Of a stretch of DNA of 64,000 nucleotides, positions 47,117-56,289 are shown in pieces. How positions within the stretch are numbered: position 1 is the stretch's first letter; the number at the start of each line of letters is the position of its first letter. The stretch comes from Waterburya sp. (GTDB lineage: Bacteria; Cyanobacteriota; Cyanobacteriia; Cyanobacteriales; Xenococcaceae). Both the position numbers and the translations under genes were made by a program. Below the pieces are notes generated by a model. That model ran no database searches. It saw only the letters and a list, made by a program, of their open reading frames with translations, and had not been told where the DNA came from. The stretch is taken from NCBI GenBank assembly GCA_965218345.1, contig CBDCKS010000002.1, positions 1,408,433-1,472,432 on the forward strand, given 5' to 3'.

Positions 47117-48545
47117 TTAGATATCTGTAAAATCTGACATAGTTTCAACATCAACCGTAGCGGTAGTTTCTCCTGCGGGGATAGTTACTTGTCCTGATGT
47201 AGTAAGATAATCAGAGCCTGCAACAGCGTCTATATCTTCAGTACTGTAATCAAACTGCACGTCTACTGGTGCTGGCATATCTAATTTAAAGTTGAAGGTA
47301 GCGGTGCTTCCTTCTCTTACCTGAACTTCTTCAACTTCAATTACAGGAGTTACTTCTAAAGTAGCCGTACTAATTCGCAGATCAGCAAACTGGATAAATT
47401 CTACGTTAGTTAATGAATCAGTGCTGTTGTAGCTAACCGTATTGCCAGCTTGGCGGAAAAAGATACTGTTGTTTCTTTGATGGGTGACATTATTATAGAC
47501 TACTGTATCTATTCCCTCGCCACCATCTATCTTATCGCGACCTTCACCAGTGGTAATTGTATCGTCTCCACCATGTCCATAAATAGTATCGTTCCCTGCA
47601 CCACCGTCGAGGATGTTATTTCGCTTGTTGCCGACTATGTAATCGCCACCATCGCCACCGTTTGCGCCTTGATCTACATAGCCTAGGGTAATATAATATC
47701 ATCATTGCCATCTCCACCGTTACGTATTCTGGCAAAAGGATCTTCATCACCAGAAGTATTATTTGATTCATCAATAGGATTACCATTCTCATCGGTTAAC
47801 TTACCCTCTCCAGCAGTAACTGTATAATCTACGTCTGTAGCAGCAAGATTACTTTGAGGAGTGTAAACCACCTCGGCGGTAACTATATTCTCTGCATCAA
47901 TGCTGACATCTAAATCTTCGACTGTACCTTCATAGGTTAATCCCAGAGGACTATCGGTTAACTGGTTTGGTTGCACTGTTTCTACTACCTGACCATCTAC
48001 TAGGATATCGACATGATCTACATTTCCCGTTAATCCTGACTTGTTTAATTCGGCTGACAAGTTAGAAGCATCACCTACAATCACACCATTATTAGAATCG
48101 ACAAAGTTTAGTTGACTTTGGGTTACTCCTCCTGCTGAATTTGTCCCATCATCAATACCAAATGCTTGCACGTTAGAAAATCTTCGTAGAGTTTGAGCAT
48201 CATAAACATAAGAGGTGTCATTGGGGTCAGAAAAGTTGGTTTGAGATCTTCCATCAGTAACGAAGTAAGCGATATTTGTTGTATTTCGGGCATCCTTTGG
48301 GGATTATGTCAGAAAGTTAAATCCATGATAAAGTGCATCGTTGTATTTTGTGCCTTCACTGGCTGGTGCAGTGGTTAAACTTTGGACTTTCCTCCAATAC
48401 GGTTGTCACCAGTAATTGTGTCATTACCTTTTCCTCCGACAACAACAACACCATTTAAAGATTTTTCGTAACTACCCAGGTAGTTACTTTTATTGTGCGC
48501 CAACAATTTTGACTCTCGAAGCGATTTGTTTAATCCAAGACCAAA
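47117..48545 (-). pseudogene. Decayed large secreted adhesin gene (vWA - RTX GGxGxD repeats - Calx-beta), 5'-truncated and multiply disrupted
   Basis: Three minus-strand frames carry consecutive pieces: GGKGNDTITGDN; TKYNDALYHGFNFLT*SPKDARNTTNIAYFVTDG (in-frame TAA at 48304-48306); NGGDGNDDIILP|LGYVDQGANGGDGGDYIVG...GGAGNDTIYGHGGDDTI; and a C-terminal Calx-beta-like VREGSTATFNFKL...AVAGSDY...TIPAGETTATV. Frameshifts lie near 48380 and 47690. The upstream end abuts the IS remnant. Confidence 0.75.
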
Positions 48546-49200
48546 GCTGAACCCGAACCAATACAAATACCAAGCTCCTGGTAAAGTTGGTAATCAGGAA
48601 TTCTCAATCGGTGTTTACGAAGATAATTTTGAAAGTTTCTTGCCTGTTTTTTCTTCAAATCATTAAATATAGCGATCGCATCATTGACTAAACCTTGTCA
48701 AAGCAAGTTTTTAGCTTGTCTGAGTCTTTGATTACTTCCTCCAACTTTATGAAGATTTTCCATTTCTATGATACCAGTTTAGAATCTCTCTTCTTTGATG
48801 CTTTGTCCTAATCTGTTCGACTATATTCCAGACTCCATCATGTCCATCTCCCAAACAGTTTACTATTCTACTCAACGGCTGTTGATTGACCCAACTCAGT
48901 AAGCTTTCATTGTCCTGAAAGAACGCCATTCCAATTCGGTCTTGAATTTTAACTGCCTTGTAATTTTTCCACTCACTTTGTTTTCCTAATGGTGTTCTTA
49001 ATCTTACTGTGATTTCTTACGCTTGATTCTATCGTTTCAAATGTAGCCAATTCTTCGCTAGGAATATTGTTATATAGTATCTGTGCAACTTCTCTTAATT
49101 TTTGGTTCACGATTAATTGTTCTTCTGGTGTCATTCTCTGTTCAAGAGAGCTTTTTCTTAACACTATTCTACTTTAAGCATTTCTACTTATTGCAAAAGT
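48546..49200 (-). mobile_element. Internally deleted IS transposase remnant (ISKra4-like by recollection)
   Basis: Minus-strand fragments are MLRKSSLEQRMTPEEQLIVNQKL..., ...GDGHDGVWNIVEQI...ILNWYH..., and HKVGGSNQRLRQAKNLL*QGLVNDAIAIF...YQELGICIGSGS, with stops and frame changes. Only about 0.6 kb remains, and the upper boundary is approximate. Confidence 0.55.
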
Positions 49201-49741
49201 GGGATGCTCCCGCTACTGTAAGTACATCCTCTTATCAGGCTCTATTAAAAGTTAAATAGAACTACGAAAGGTTACTAAGATAATTACAAGCTTTTATAGT
49301 TACAATTAGAAAATTATCAAGCAAGTAGCTAGTGAATAGATACGTATTCTAAAAACGTATAACACTTTCAGAATACGTATACCTTCTAAGAATTATTTTC
49401 ATCCAGTCAGCTAAATTGAGCTATAGGGCAATCAAACGAGACGCTTGAGTAAAAAATCCGCTCAATTCAAGCTAAATTTAGTATCTTCTACTAGTTGCTG
49501 CTAAAGCTCAAATTATACTGGTTCATTTGTATTATCAATCAAGGAAAAACTAAGGACTCAAAACGAATAATAATGCAGGTATTTTGTCAAGTCTAGTTTC
49601 TTTTTTACAGTACAAAAGAACTGTTTTTTTAAAGCACACTTAAGTATTTAAGTCAACACTTACAGTCAGAATAATCATAGGGGGTAGTTGAAATTGCCAA
49701 TGTACTCTGAGTACATTTTGAGTATAATAACCCCGAAAGTA

Positions 49742-49826
49742 CGGAGAGGGTGGGATTCGAACCCACGAAAGCTTTCACTTTTCCCGATTTCAAGTCGAGC
49801 GCGTTCGACCACTCTGCCACCTCTCC
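49742..49826 (-). tRNA. tRNA-Ser (anticodon UGA), class II with long variable arm
   Basis: Minus strand: GGAGAGG-TG-...-CTCGA CTTGAAA TCGGG-variable arm-GTGGG TTCGAAT CCCAC-CCTCTCC-G. The cloverleaf was checked by hand and CCA is not encoded. Confidence 0.9.
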
Positions 49827-50363
49827 CAGCGTAGCTAACTTATAATAGCAAAGAACCCCTTTTAGTGGATAGAGATAAGTATTAATAAACTATATTAGTG
49901 GGCAGATGTGCTGCTTGCACCCTCGACAGTCGCTTTATGTCGGTGAAACCGCAAGTCGAGCGTACGTGAGGCTCAAGCCTTTGTCTTGCGCCTGTCGATA
50001 GCAACCAAATTACTTGGTAATGACTTTTCTCGATTATCTTACTCGCATTACGATACCTGTTTCAGAGTTCTTGTGTACTTAAATGCTGACTGAGGGAAAC
50101 TTTTTTTGGCATTGCTGCTTCAAATGAAATGGATGCAGTCTTATTTTAATTGATTATCCGTACTTGATATTATAAGTTGTTTCTGGAAATTGATGTTGAT
50201 GAACTAATCGTGGTTTATTAAAAGTAAAATGGAATGTTATTCATATCAAGAAATAGAAAGTAAGTATGTATGTATGCTGGAATCCAGCAAAGAATAAAGT
50301 CAATTTTTGCTGCTCATTTTTATCAATCTACTTGATATTACATTTTGACGTGCGGAAGGTAGG

Positions 50364-50708
50364 TTAAATAGCTGCTGCTTGTTGCTCAAATGCTTGCTTT
50401 AATGCTTCACGATCTTCTTTCAATTGCTCACACAAAAACCAAGACGTATGCTCAGAGTAATATTCTAAAACCTCATTCCAATGGCGAAAATTAAAGTCTT
50501 TTACTAAGTTTTTTGGCAGAAATTGACTGCTATGATTAAACACAGCCTGAATTTCTCTCCATTCATAACATCGAGGTTTGCCAAAATCCCACGGATGCTC
50601 ACCCGTATCGCAAGTGAGGAACAAAAAATGATCCTGATGAGATGCTATGAAATTACTTACGAAAGGTAACAACTGCTCAATACTCAATATAAGTCTGAGG
50701 CGGGACAA
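50364..50708 (-). CDS. Hypothetical protein (possibly the 3' part of a frameshifted gene)
   Basis: 114-aa ORF with a TTG pseudo-start. It overlaps the upstream ORF by 32 nt in another frame. No recognisable family. Confidence 0.4.
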   Translation of the reverse strand: MSRLRLILSIEQLLPFVSNFIASHQDHFLFLTCDTGEHPWDFGKPRCYEWREIQAVFNHSSQFLPKNLVKDFNFRHWNEVLEYYSEHTSWFLCEQLKEDREALKQAFEQQAAAI

Positions 50709-50877
50709 AACCTTCTAAAGCATCAGCAAGTTGCTGAGTATTAACGGTTACGATAAGTTGTTTCGACAAGCTAGGAACTTTTTGAGACGGTAAAGACCAG
50801 TATTCTACAATCGACCACTTGTGTAGACAAATGAACTCTAGGCAATCTCCACAAGCCAAACCATAGTCAATTCCCAT
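50677..50877 (-). CDS. Hypothetical protein (possibly the 5' part of a frameshifted gene)
   Basis: 66-aa ORF with an ATG start and a Cys-rich N-terminus (GLACGDCLEFICLH). No recognisable family. Confidence 0.35.
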   Translation of the reverse strand: MGIDYGLACGDCLEFICLHKWSIVEYWSLPSQKVPSLSKQLIVTVNTQQLADALEGFVPPQTYIEY

Positions 50878-51405
50878 CTTAGTTTTCTCCCTCGTGTAAT
50901 GAGCAGTGGCTTAATCCAAAAATTATTGAGTTAGCGTTTTAGTCCCAGTTGTCATTAATTATTTGAATCATTGATATTCAGAAGCCAGTAATTTCCCGTG
51001 TGTTCCTAAACTAATCGATCGCGATGATGATTATAAATATCTTTCTTGTCTGCGTTGTTAATTATCGATTATCATTTGCTTTGATGAACCAGTTACACTG
51101 ATAATTAAGTACAGGTGACAATACTTGGTTTAAATTAATAACGGCGATAAATGCGATGGCTTTTGTTAGCTTTGCGATCGCACATATATTGAAGAGTCAG
51201 CACCCTTTGCTACTATCAAAAATATTAATCAACTCGGATTTGCTTGCGCCACTCGATAATTGCTTCGAGGGGATCGTTAACGATTACATCAAGACAAAAG
51301 CCAATTACTTCTTAATTCTCCTCTTTTATGGTTAGGTTAAGGCGATCGCGATAATTCAAAATCACTTTTAGGATTATTAAGCTAATAAACATTGCCAAAA
51401 TATTG

Positions 51406-52347
51406 TCAACTGCCTACCGATAAACCAAGCTGTTCAACATCTTCTGAACTCAGTTGCCAACCTATAGATCCTGCATTGTCCAAGGCTTGTTTAGCATTTT
51501 TTGCTCCAGGAATAGGAATTACGTTTCCTTGGGCTATTAACCAATTTAGAGCTACTTGTGCAGGTGTTTTTTGGTACTTTTCCCCAAGCTGTTTTAACTG
51601 GTTAATAACTGGTTCAATCTTACTCAATCCTTGAGTCGAGAATTTAGGATCTAGTTTTCTTGCACCCTGCACTTTTTCAGTGTTCTCTGGAGTATACTTA
51701 CCAGTTAACAATCCTTGATCTAAGGGACTATATGCCAGTATGGTAACTCCTAACCTGCGAGCAGTAGCTAAAACACCATTTTGTTCAATCTTGCGAGTCA
51801 GTAGAGAATAACGCACCTGATTTACTGCCAGAGGCACATCATACTTTGCCAACAAATCATGAGCCTGCTGCATTTGTGTGGCGGAGTAATTACTAACTCC
51901 CACCGTAAGAATGCGTCCTCGCTTTACTTCCTCTGCCAAAGCCTCCATTAAAGCAGCTTGTCCCATAAAAAAGTCGAAGGGTGAATGAACCTGATAAAGA
52001 GCAACTTGTTCAACCTGGAGTCGCTTAAAACTATCACTTAAGGCATCGGCTACCGCTTGTTTGTTAAATCGCCAGGGTAAAGGAAAATATTTAGTAGCTA
52101 TCTGTACTGGCTGACTAGTTTGCTTGAGAAATTGCCCAATTAGCTTTTCTGATTTTCCCAAACCATAAACTTCGGCAGTATCAAAAAAAGCTGCGCCATT
52201 GGCTACGGCTGTCTCAAAAGCTTGTTTTACCTCTGTTTCTCCGTAGTTTGAGCCATAACCCCAAAATAAACTATCACCCCATGCCCATGTACCAATACCC
52301 AGAGGGGGAAAAGAAATATTGCCGACTGAAATCTTTGTTGCTTCCAT
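51406..52347 (-). CDS. Aldo/keto reductase
   Basis: LGIGTWAWGD, FDTAEVYG and VSNY motifs; 313 aa. Confidence 0.9.
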   Translation of the reverse strand: MEATKISVGNISFPPLGIGTWAWGDSLFWGYGSNYGETEVKQAFETAVANGAAFFDTAEVYGLGKSEKLIGQFLKQTSQPVQIATKYFPLPWRFNKQAVADALSDSFKRLQVEQVALYQVHSPFDFFMGQAALMEALAEEVKRGRILTVGVSNYSATQMQQAHDLLAKYDVPLAVNQVRYSLLTRKIEQNGVLATARRLGVTILAYSPLDQGLLTGKYTPENTEKVQGARKLDPKFSTQGLSKIEPVINQLKQLGEKYQKTPAQVALNWLIAQGNVIPIPGAKNAKQALDNAGSIGWQLSSEDVEQLGLSVGS

Positions 52348-52615
52348 GAGATAGACTGCCTTTTAAATGCTTTACGTTATTTTACAAAATTAACCTGAGC
52401 GTCCAAAGAAAATAGATTCTGTTTGTATTGAAGCTACTCAGATTAATAATAGTTTTCTTTTTGGCAATACCGTAAAATAAGATAGTAAAGTTTTGCACCA
52501 GGATTTAGATCTGACACAGACAATAAGTTTCTTGTGAATTTGAAGAAAGCTTTATTAATTAATGTCTGTGATAATTTGAATTAGGGATTTAGCCCAGCAT
52601 AATTAAATAAACGAT

Positions 52616-53824
52616 ATGAAACTTTTATCTAATAAACTAGGTGTTTATTTAGGCGTACTTGCAGTTGGCGGTAGTTTGGGCTTTTTTGGCAGTCGTCAAG
52701 TTCAGCAACCAACGGCAGCAAAACAAACTCAAGTTTATCCTACTGCCATCCCAACTGAGGCTAATCCTGTCAGCAAAAGCAACAACGATCGAGACGTTAA
52801 TTTTATTGCCACGGCTGCACAAAAAGTTGGTCCTGCGGTAGTTAGAATTGATGCTTCGCGTCACATTTCGGCATCGCCAGAAAATCTCAGAAATCCTTTA
52901 CTAAAGCGTTTTTTTGGCGGTGATAAGAGTAAAAAATCTTCAGACTCTTTGCCTGAGCAGATAGAACGAGGAACTGGCTCTGGCTTTATTATTGGCTCTG
53001 ATGGTCGTCTGATTACTAATGCTCATGTGGTAGATGGAGCAGAAAAAGTACAGGTGACCCTTAAAGATGGCAAAAGTTACCCAGGAAAAGTGTTAGGAAC
53101 AGATCCTTTTACTGATGTAGCAGTAATCAAAATTAAGGCGGAAAACTTACCTACAGTTAGTTTTGGGGATGCAAAAAACTTGATGCCTGGGGAATGGGCG
53201 ATCGCCATTGGTAATCCGTTAGGTTTGGATAATACCGTAACTGTAGGCATTATTAGTGCTTTGGGCAGATCTAGTTCTCAAGTTGGCGTGCCAGATAAGC
53301 GAGTTAAATTTATCCAAACTGATGCAGCTATTAATCCTGGTAACTCTGGAGGACCTTTGTTAAATTCCCAAGGAGAAGTTATTGGGATTAATACAGCAAT
53401 TCGCGCTGACGCTCAAGGATTGGGCTTTGCTATCCCCATTGAAACGGCTAACCGCATCGCTAATCAGTTATTTACCAAGGGACGGGCAGATCATCCTTAT
53501 TTAGGGGTTCACATGATCAACCTAAATGAAGAAATTAAAAGCGAAATTAACTCTAGCCAAGAATTTGATTTTAAAATTCCTGAAGATAAGGGCGTGGTGG
53601 TAGTCAAAGTAATTCCTCGCTCTCCTGCTGCTAAAGGTGGTTTTGAGCCAGGAGACATGATCGATAAAGTAGGAGGTAGTCCTGTAGAAACATCTGTTCA
53701 GGTACAAGAACAAGTTGACCTAAGTAAAATTGGTTCAGAATTGGAGGTGGAAGTTTTGCGAGATGGTAAGCTCAAAATCCTTAAAGTTCAACCAACTGCT
53801 TTTCCTCAAGGCGAATTTGAGTAA
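52616..53824 (+). CDS. HtrA/DegP-family serine protease with one PDZ domain
   Basis: Signal/anchor, catalytic TNAHVV, D-V-A-V-I-K and GNSGGPL motifs, and a C-terminal PDZ domain. Confidence 0.9.
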   Translation: MKLLSNKLGVYLGVLAVGGSLGFFGSRQVQQPTAAKQTQVYPTAIPTEANPVSKSNNDRDVNFIATAAQKVGPAVVRIDASRHISASPENLRNPLLKRFFGGDKSKKSSDSLPEQIERGTGSGFIIGSDGRLITNAHVVDGAEKVQVTLKDGKSYPGKVLGTDPFTDVAVIKIKAENLPTVSFGDAKNLMPGEWAIAIGNPLGLDNTVTVGIISALGRSSSQVGVPDKRVKFIQTDAAINPGNSGGPLLNSQGEVIGINTAIRADAQGLGFAIPIETANRIANQLFTKGRADHPYLGVHMINLNEEIKSEINSSQEFDFKIPEDKGVVVVKVIPRSPAAKGGFEPGDMIDKVGGSPVETSVQVQEQVDLSKIGSELEVEVLRDGKLKILKVQPTAFPQGEFE

Positions 53825-53867
53825 TAGTGGAAACTACGGCAGTTTTTTTTAGTGGGATAATCTAAAT

Positions 53868-55373
53868 TTGATTGAAGTAGAAGTCCATTCATCCCTGCGA
53901 GATTTTTTACGCGCTAATGGGGATCGAAATTTTCCCCATCATTTAACCATGGCAAGGCTAATAGCTAGAGCTTTACGCCTAGGTCGCCCTGCGTTAATGC
54001 AAACTGGCAGTAGCGTCAGCAAGTATTGTCTTAGTTATTTAATGCCGATACTGATAGGGGATTGGTCGGTTATTATAGTTGCCCCTCTGACAACGCAGCA
54101 ATATTTAATCGATGTAGAAATTCCCAAATTACAAGCATGGTTAAAAACTAACAAAAAAGTCAGGATTGGCGATCGCTGGCAAGACGACGATCATCTATTG
54201 CTCACTTCTCCTGCAAGCTGGTTAGGCGATCGCCTGGGAGAGCAAACAAAATTTCCCCTGGCGATACCGACCATTATCGAACGAGCCGAAAGTCTCCAAG
54301 AATGGACAAGACAGCAACTAACTATTAGTATTACCGCTTCAGACTGGGAGGACTTATTAAAGAACATTCCTGAGCATCAGGAATTGATTCGCGATACAAG
54401 AATCAAGTTAACCAAATCTATCTTTGCTCGTCCTGAAAATCCTTATGGTAATTACATATTACTTAATTCGGAATTAAATATAATCAAGCAATTATGGGCA
54501 GTCTTAGCCGACCAAAAGTTGCTCAAAGGTAAATTTGAACAATTTGGGCAATACTTAGCTTCAGAACTAACTATAGCCTGGATATCTCGCGATCGCGATC
54601 GCGGTTTATTTACCGTTAATCTTGCCCCTGCTGAAGTTGGTACGAGGCTCAAACCAATTTGGCAAAAACAGCCAGTTGTAATAATTGGTGGCTTTTTAGA
54701 TATTGAAGCAAAAGCAACCACTTATCGACAACAGTTAGGCTTAGACTCACAAATGTTAAGTTTAAAATTTACTCCCAACCGACAAAACAATCATATCCAG
54801 CTTTATATTCCCGATCGCTTTCCTTTGCCCAATACACCCGAATTTCAGCCAGCTTTAATCGAACAAAGCCTATTATTAGTCAGTCTTAGCAGTAGGCTTA
54901 ATCGCTTAATTGTCTTAATTGTCGATGATGTACCGCTTCAAGGGCAGGTAGGTTCAGCATTGGCAGCCGAATTTGGTTCGCGGGTTAAAGTAGAAAAAAC
55001 CAAGGTAAGCGATCGCTCCATCTTAATTTGCGGTTGGTCATTTTGGCAACAACATCAAGAAAAGCTACCAATTCCCAGTCTGTTGATTATTGCCACTCTC
55101 CCCATACCATCTTTAGAAAACCCCTTGGTTGCAAACCGCGTTGCTTACTACAAAAATCAGCGTCAAGATTGGTTTCGGACTTACTTATTGCCGACAGCCT
55201 TGAAAACTCTTGAACAAACCGTAGTACCTCTGCGAGAATCACAAAGCATCATGGCTTTATTGGATAATCGCGTCAATTTCCGTAGCTATGGCAAAGAAAT
55301 TTTATTAACCCTAGAACCTTGCGCTCGCATCAATTATATTGACCCTACTTGGTTTGGTTATCCCAATTCATAA
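53868..55373 (+). CDS. DinG/XPD-like helicase homologue with degenerate ATPase motifs
   Basis: The C-terminal region aligns by eye with DinG motifs V-VI (ILICGWSFWQQH, LIIATLPIPSLENPLV, LLPTALKTLEQ). However, Walker A is replaced by MQTGSSVSKY, the DEAH box by IIERAESL, and the motif VI Arg finger by VVPLRES. Confidence 0.55.
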   Translation: MIEVEVHSSLRDFLRANGDRNFPHHLTMARLIARALRLGRPALMQTGSSVSKYCLSYLMPILIGDWSVIIVAPLTTQQYLIDVEIPKLQAWLKTNKKVRIGDRWQDDDHLLLTSPASWLGDRLGEQTKFPLAIPTIIERAESLQEWTRQQLTISITASDWEDLLKNIPEHQELIRDTRIKLTKSIFARPENPYGNYILLNSELNIIKQLWAVLADQKLLKGKFEQFGQYLASELTIAWISRDRDRGLFTVNLAPAEVGTRLKPIWQKQPVVIIGGFLDIEAKATTYRQQLGLDSQMLSLKFTPNRQNNHIQLYIPDRFPLPNTPEFQPALIEQSLLLVSLSSRLNRLIVLIVDDVPLQGQVGSALAAEFGSRVKVEKTKVSDRSILICGWSFWQQHQEKLPIPSLLIIATLPIPSLENPLVANRVAYYKNQRQDWFRTYLLPTALKTLEQTVVPLRESQSIMALLDNRVNFRSYGKEILLTLEPCARINYIDPTWFGYPNS

Positions 55374-55540
55374 GTCAATAAAGGGCAGAAGTTTAATCTG
55401 TATTAACCTGAATTTGGGATAAGAAAAAGGACAGGTAGTAAGTTGAAAATAACGACCAATTTGGTAAACCTGCTCTATGTTTAGCGGTACGGAAGTCGGA
55501 TTTTGCGAGTCTAGATGCTTTGTCTCGTCAACGTTCAATT

Positions 55541-55576
55541 ATTGAAGGCGATCGCACTTTCTATGCAGAGGTTTTT
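55541..55576 (+). repeat. Left copy of a 36-nt imperfect direct repeat flanking the TA cassette
   Basis: attgaaggcgatcgcactttctatgcagaggttttt. It matches 56169-56204 at 30 of 36 positions. Confidence 0.85.
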
Positions 55577-55640
55577 AAAAGAGAATGTGAAAAATAGTTT
55601 GGTAAAATAAAATCAAGCTAAGTTTCTAAATAGCGTTTCT

Positions 55641-55871
55641 ATGAATCCAACTCAAATTCGCAATGAAGTAAAAAACTACATAGATAAATTATCGCCAGAT
55701 AAGCTAATGCTGGTAGTTAATTTTCTCAAAAATTTACAAGAGGAAGATAATGTAGATGCAACGGAAGAATTATTAAGTATTGTTGGTTTTGAGTCTGCTT
55801 TTCAAAAAGCTAATCTACAGGTTGAATCAGGAAAAACTAAAGATTGGCGTATGATTCGAGACGATGTATGA
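55641..55871 (+). CDS. Type II antitoxin (partner of the RelE/ParE toxin)
   Basis: 76-aa acidic protein. Its stop overlaps the toxin start by 8 nt. Confidence 0.7.
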   Translation: MNPTQIRNEVKNYIDKLSPDKLMLVVNFLKNLQEEDNVDATEELLSIVGFESAFQKANLQVESGKTKDWRMIRDDV

Positions 55872-56124
55872 AGTTAGATTATCTTCAGAAGCTGAAAAAG
55901 TTTTTGCTAAAAGCGATAAAGCCTTAGCCAAAAAGCTAGCCAGATGTTTTGAAAACTTAGAGAAAAATCCTCGCTCTCATCCTAATATAAAACCATTAAA
56001 AGGTGATTATTATGGCTACTATCGCTACAGAGTCGGAGATTATAGAGTTGTTTACTCTATTGAAGATGAATTAATTGTAGTTAATGTGATTCTTATTGCT
56101 CACCGTAGTAAAGTTTATGAGTAA
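55864..56124 (+). CDS. RelE/ParE-family type II toxin
   Basis: 86 aa with the ...KKLARCFENLEKNPRSHPNIKPLKGDYYGYYRYRVGDYRVVYSIEDELIVVNVILIAHRSKVY pattern typical of RelE/ParE. Confidence 0.85.
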   Translation: MYEVRLSSEAEKVFAKSDKALAKKLARCFENLEKNPRSHPNIKPLKGDYYGYYRYRVGDYRVVYSIEDELIVVNVILIAHRSKVYE

Positions 56125-56168
56125 TTTGAGTAATCATAAGTATTTTGTGTTTATAGTGCCTATTAAAA

Positions 56169-56204
56169 ATTGAACGCGGTCGCACTTTCTGTGCAAAAGT
56201 TTTC
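56169..56204 (+). repeat. Right copy of the 36-nt imperfect direct repeat flanking the TA cassette
   Basis: attgaacgcggtcgcactttctgtgcaaaagttttc. Confidence 0.85.
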
Positions 56205-56289
56205 CGATTCAATTAAATTGAATTAAACGCCATAAGGTTTTTGATGGTTTTGCGATTTTAAGCTCCTGCTTAACCCGAACTCAGGTTAT

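Noticed and set aside
47450-48378. Plus-strand ORFs 47450-47686 and 48193-48378
   Set aside because: They are antisense to the RTX/vWA pseudogene. The Gly/Asp-repeat coding bias keeps the opposite strand open.
49923-49998. Possible second tRNA or tRNA-like gene next to tRNA-Ser
   Set aside because: A 7-11 bp closing stem and the 76-nt length suggested a tRNA. Neither strand gives a T-arm (no GTTCRANY loop) or a D-arm, so it is not a tRNA. It is kept only as a low-interest structured element.
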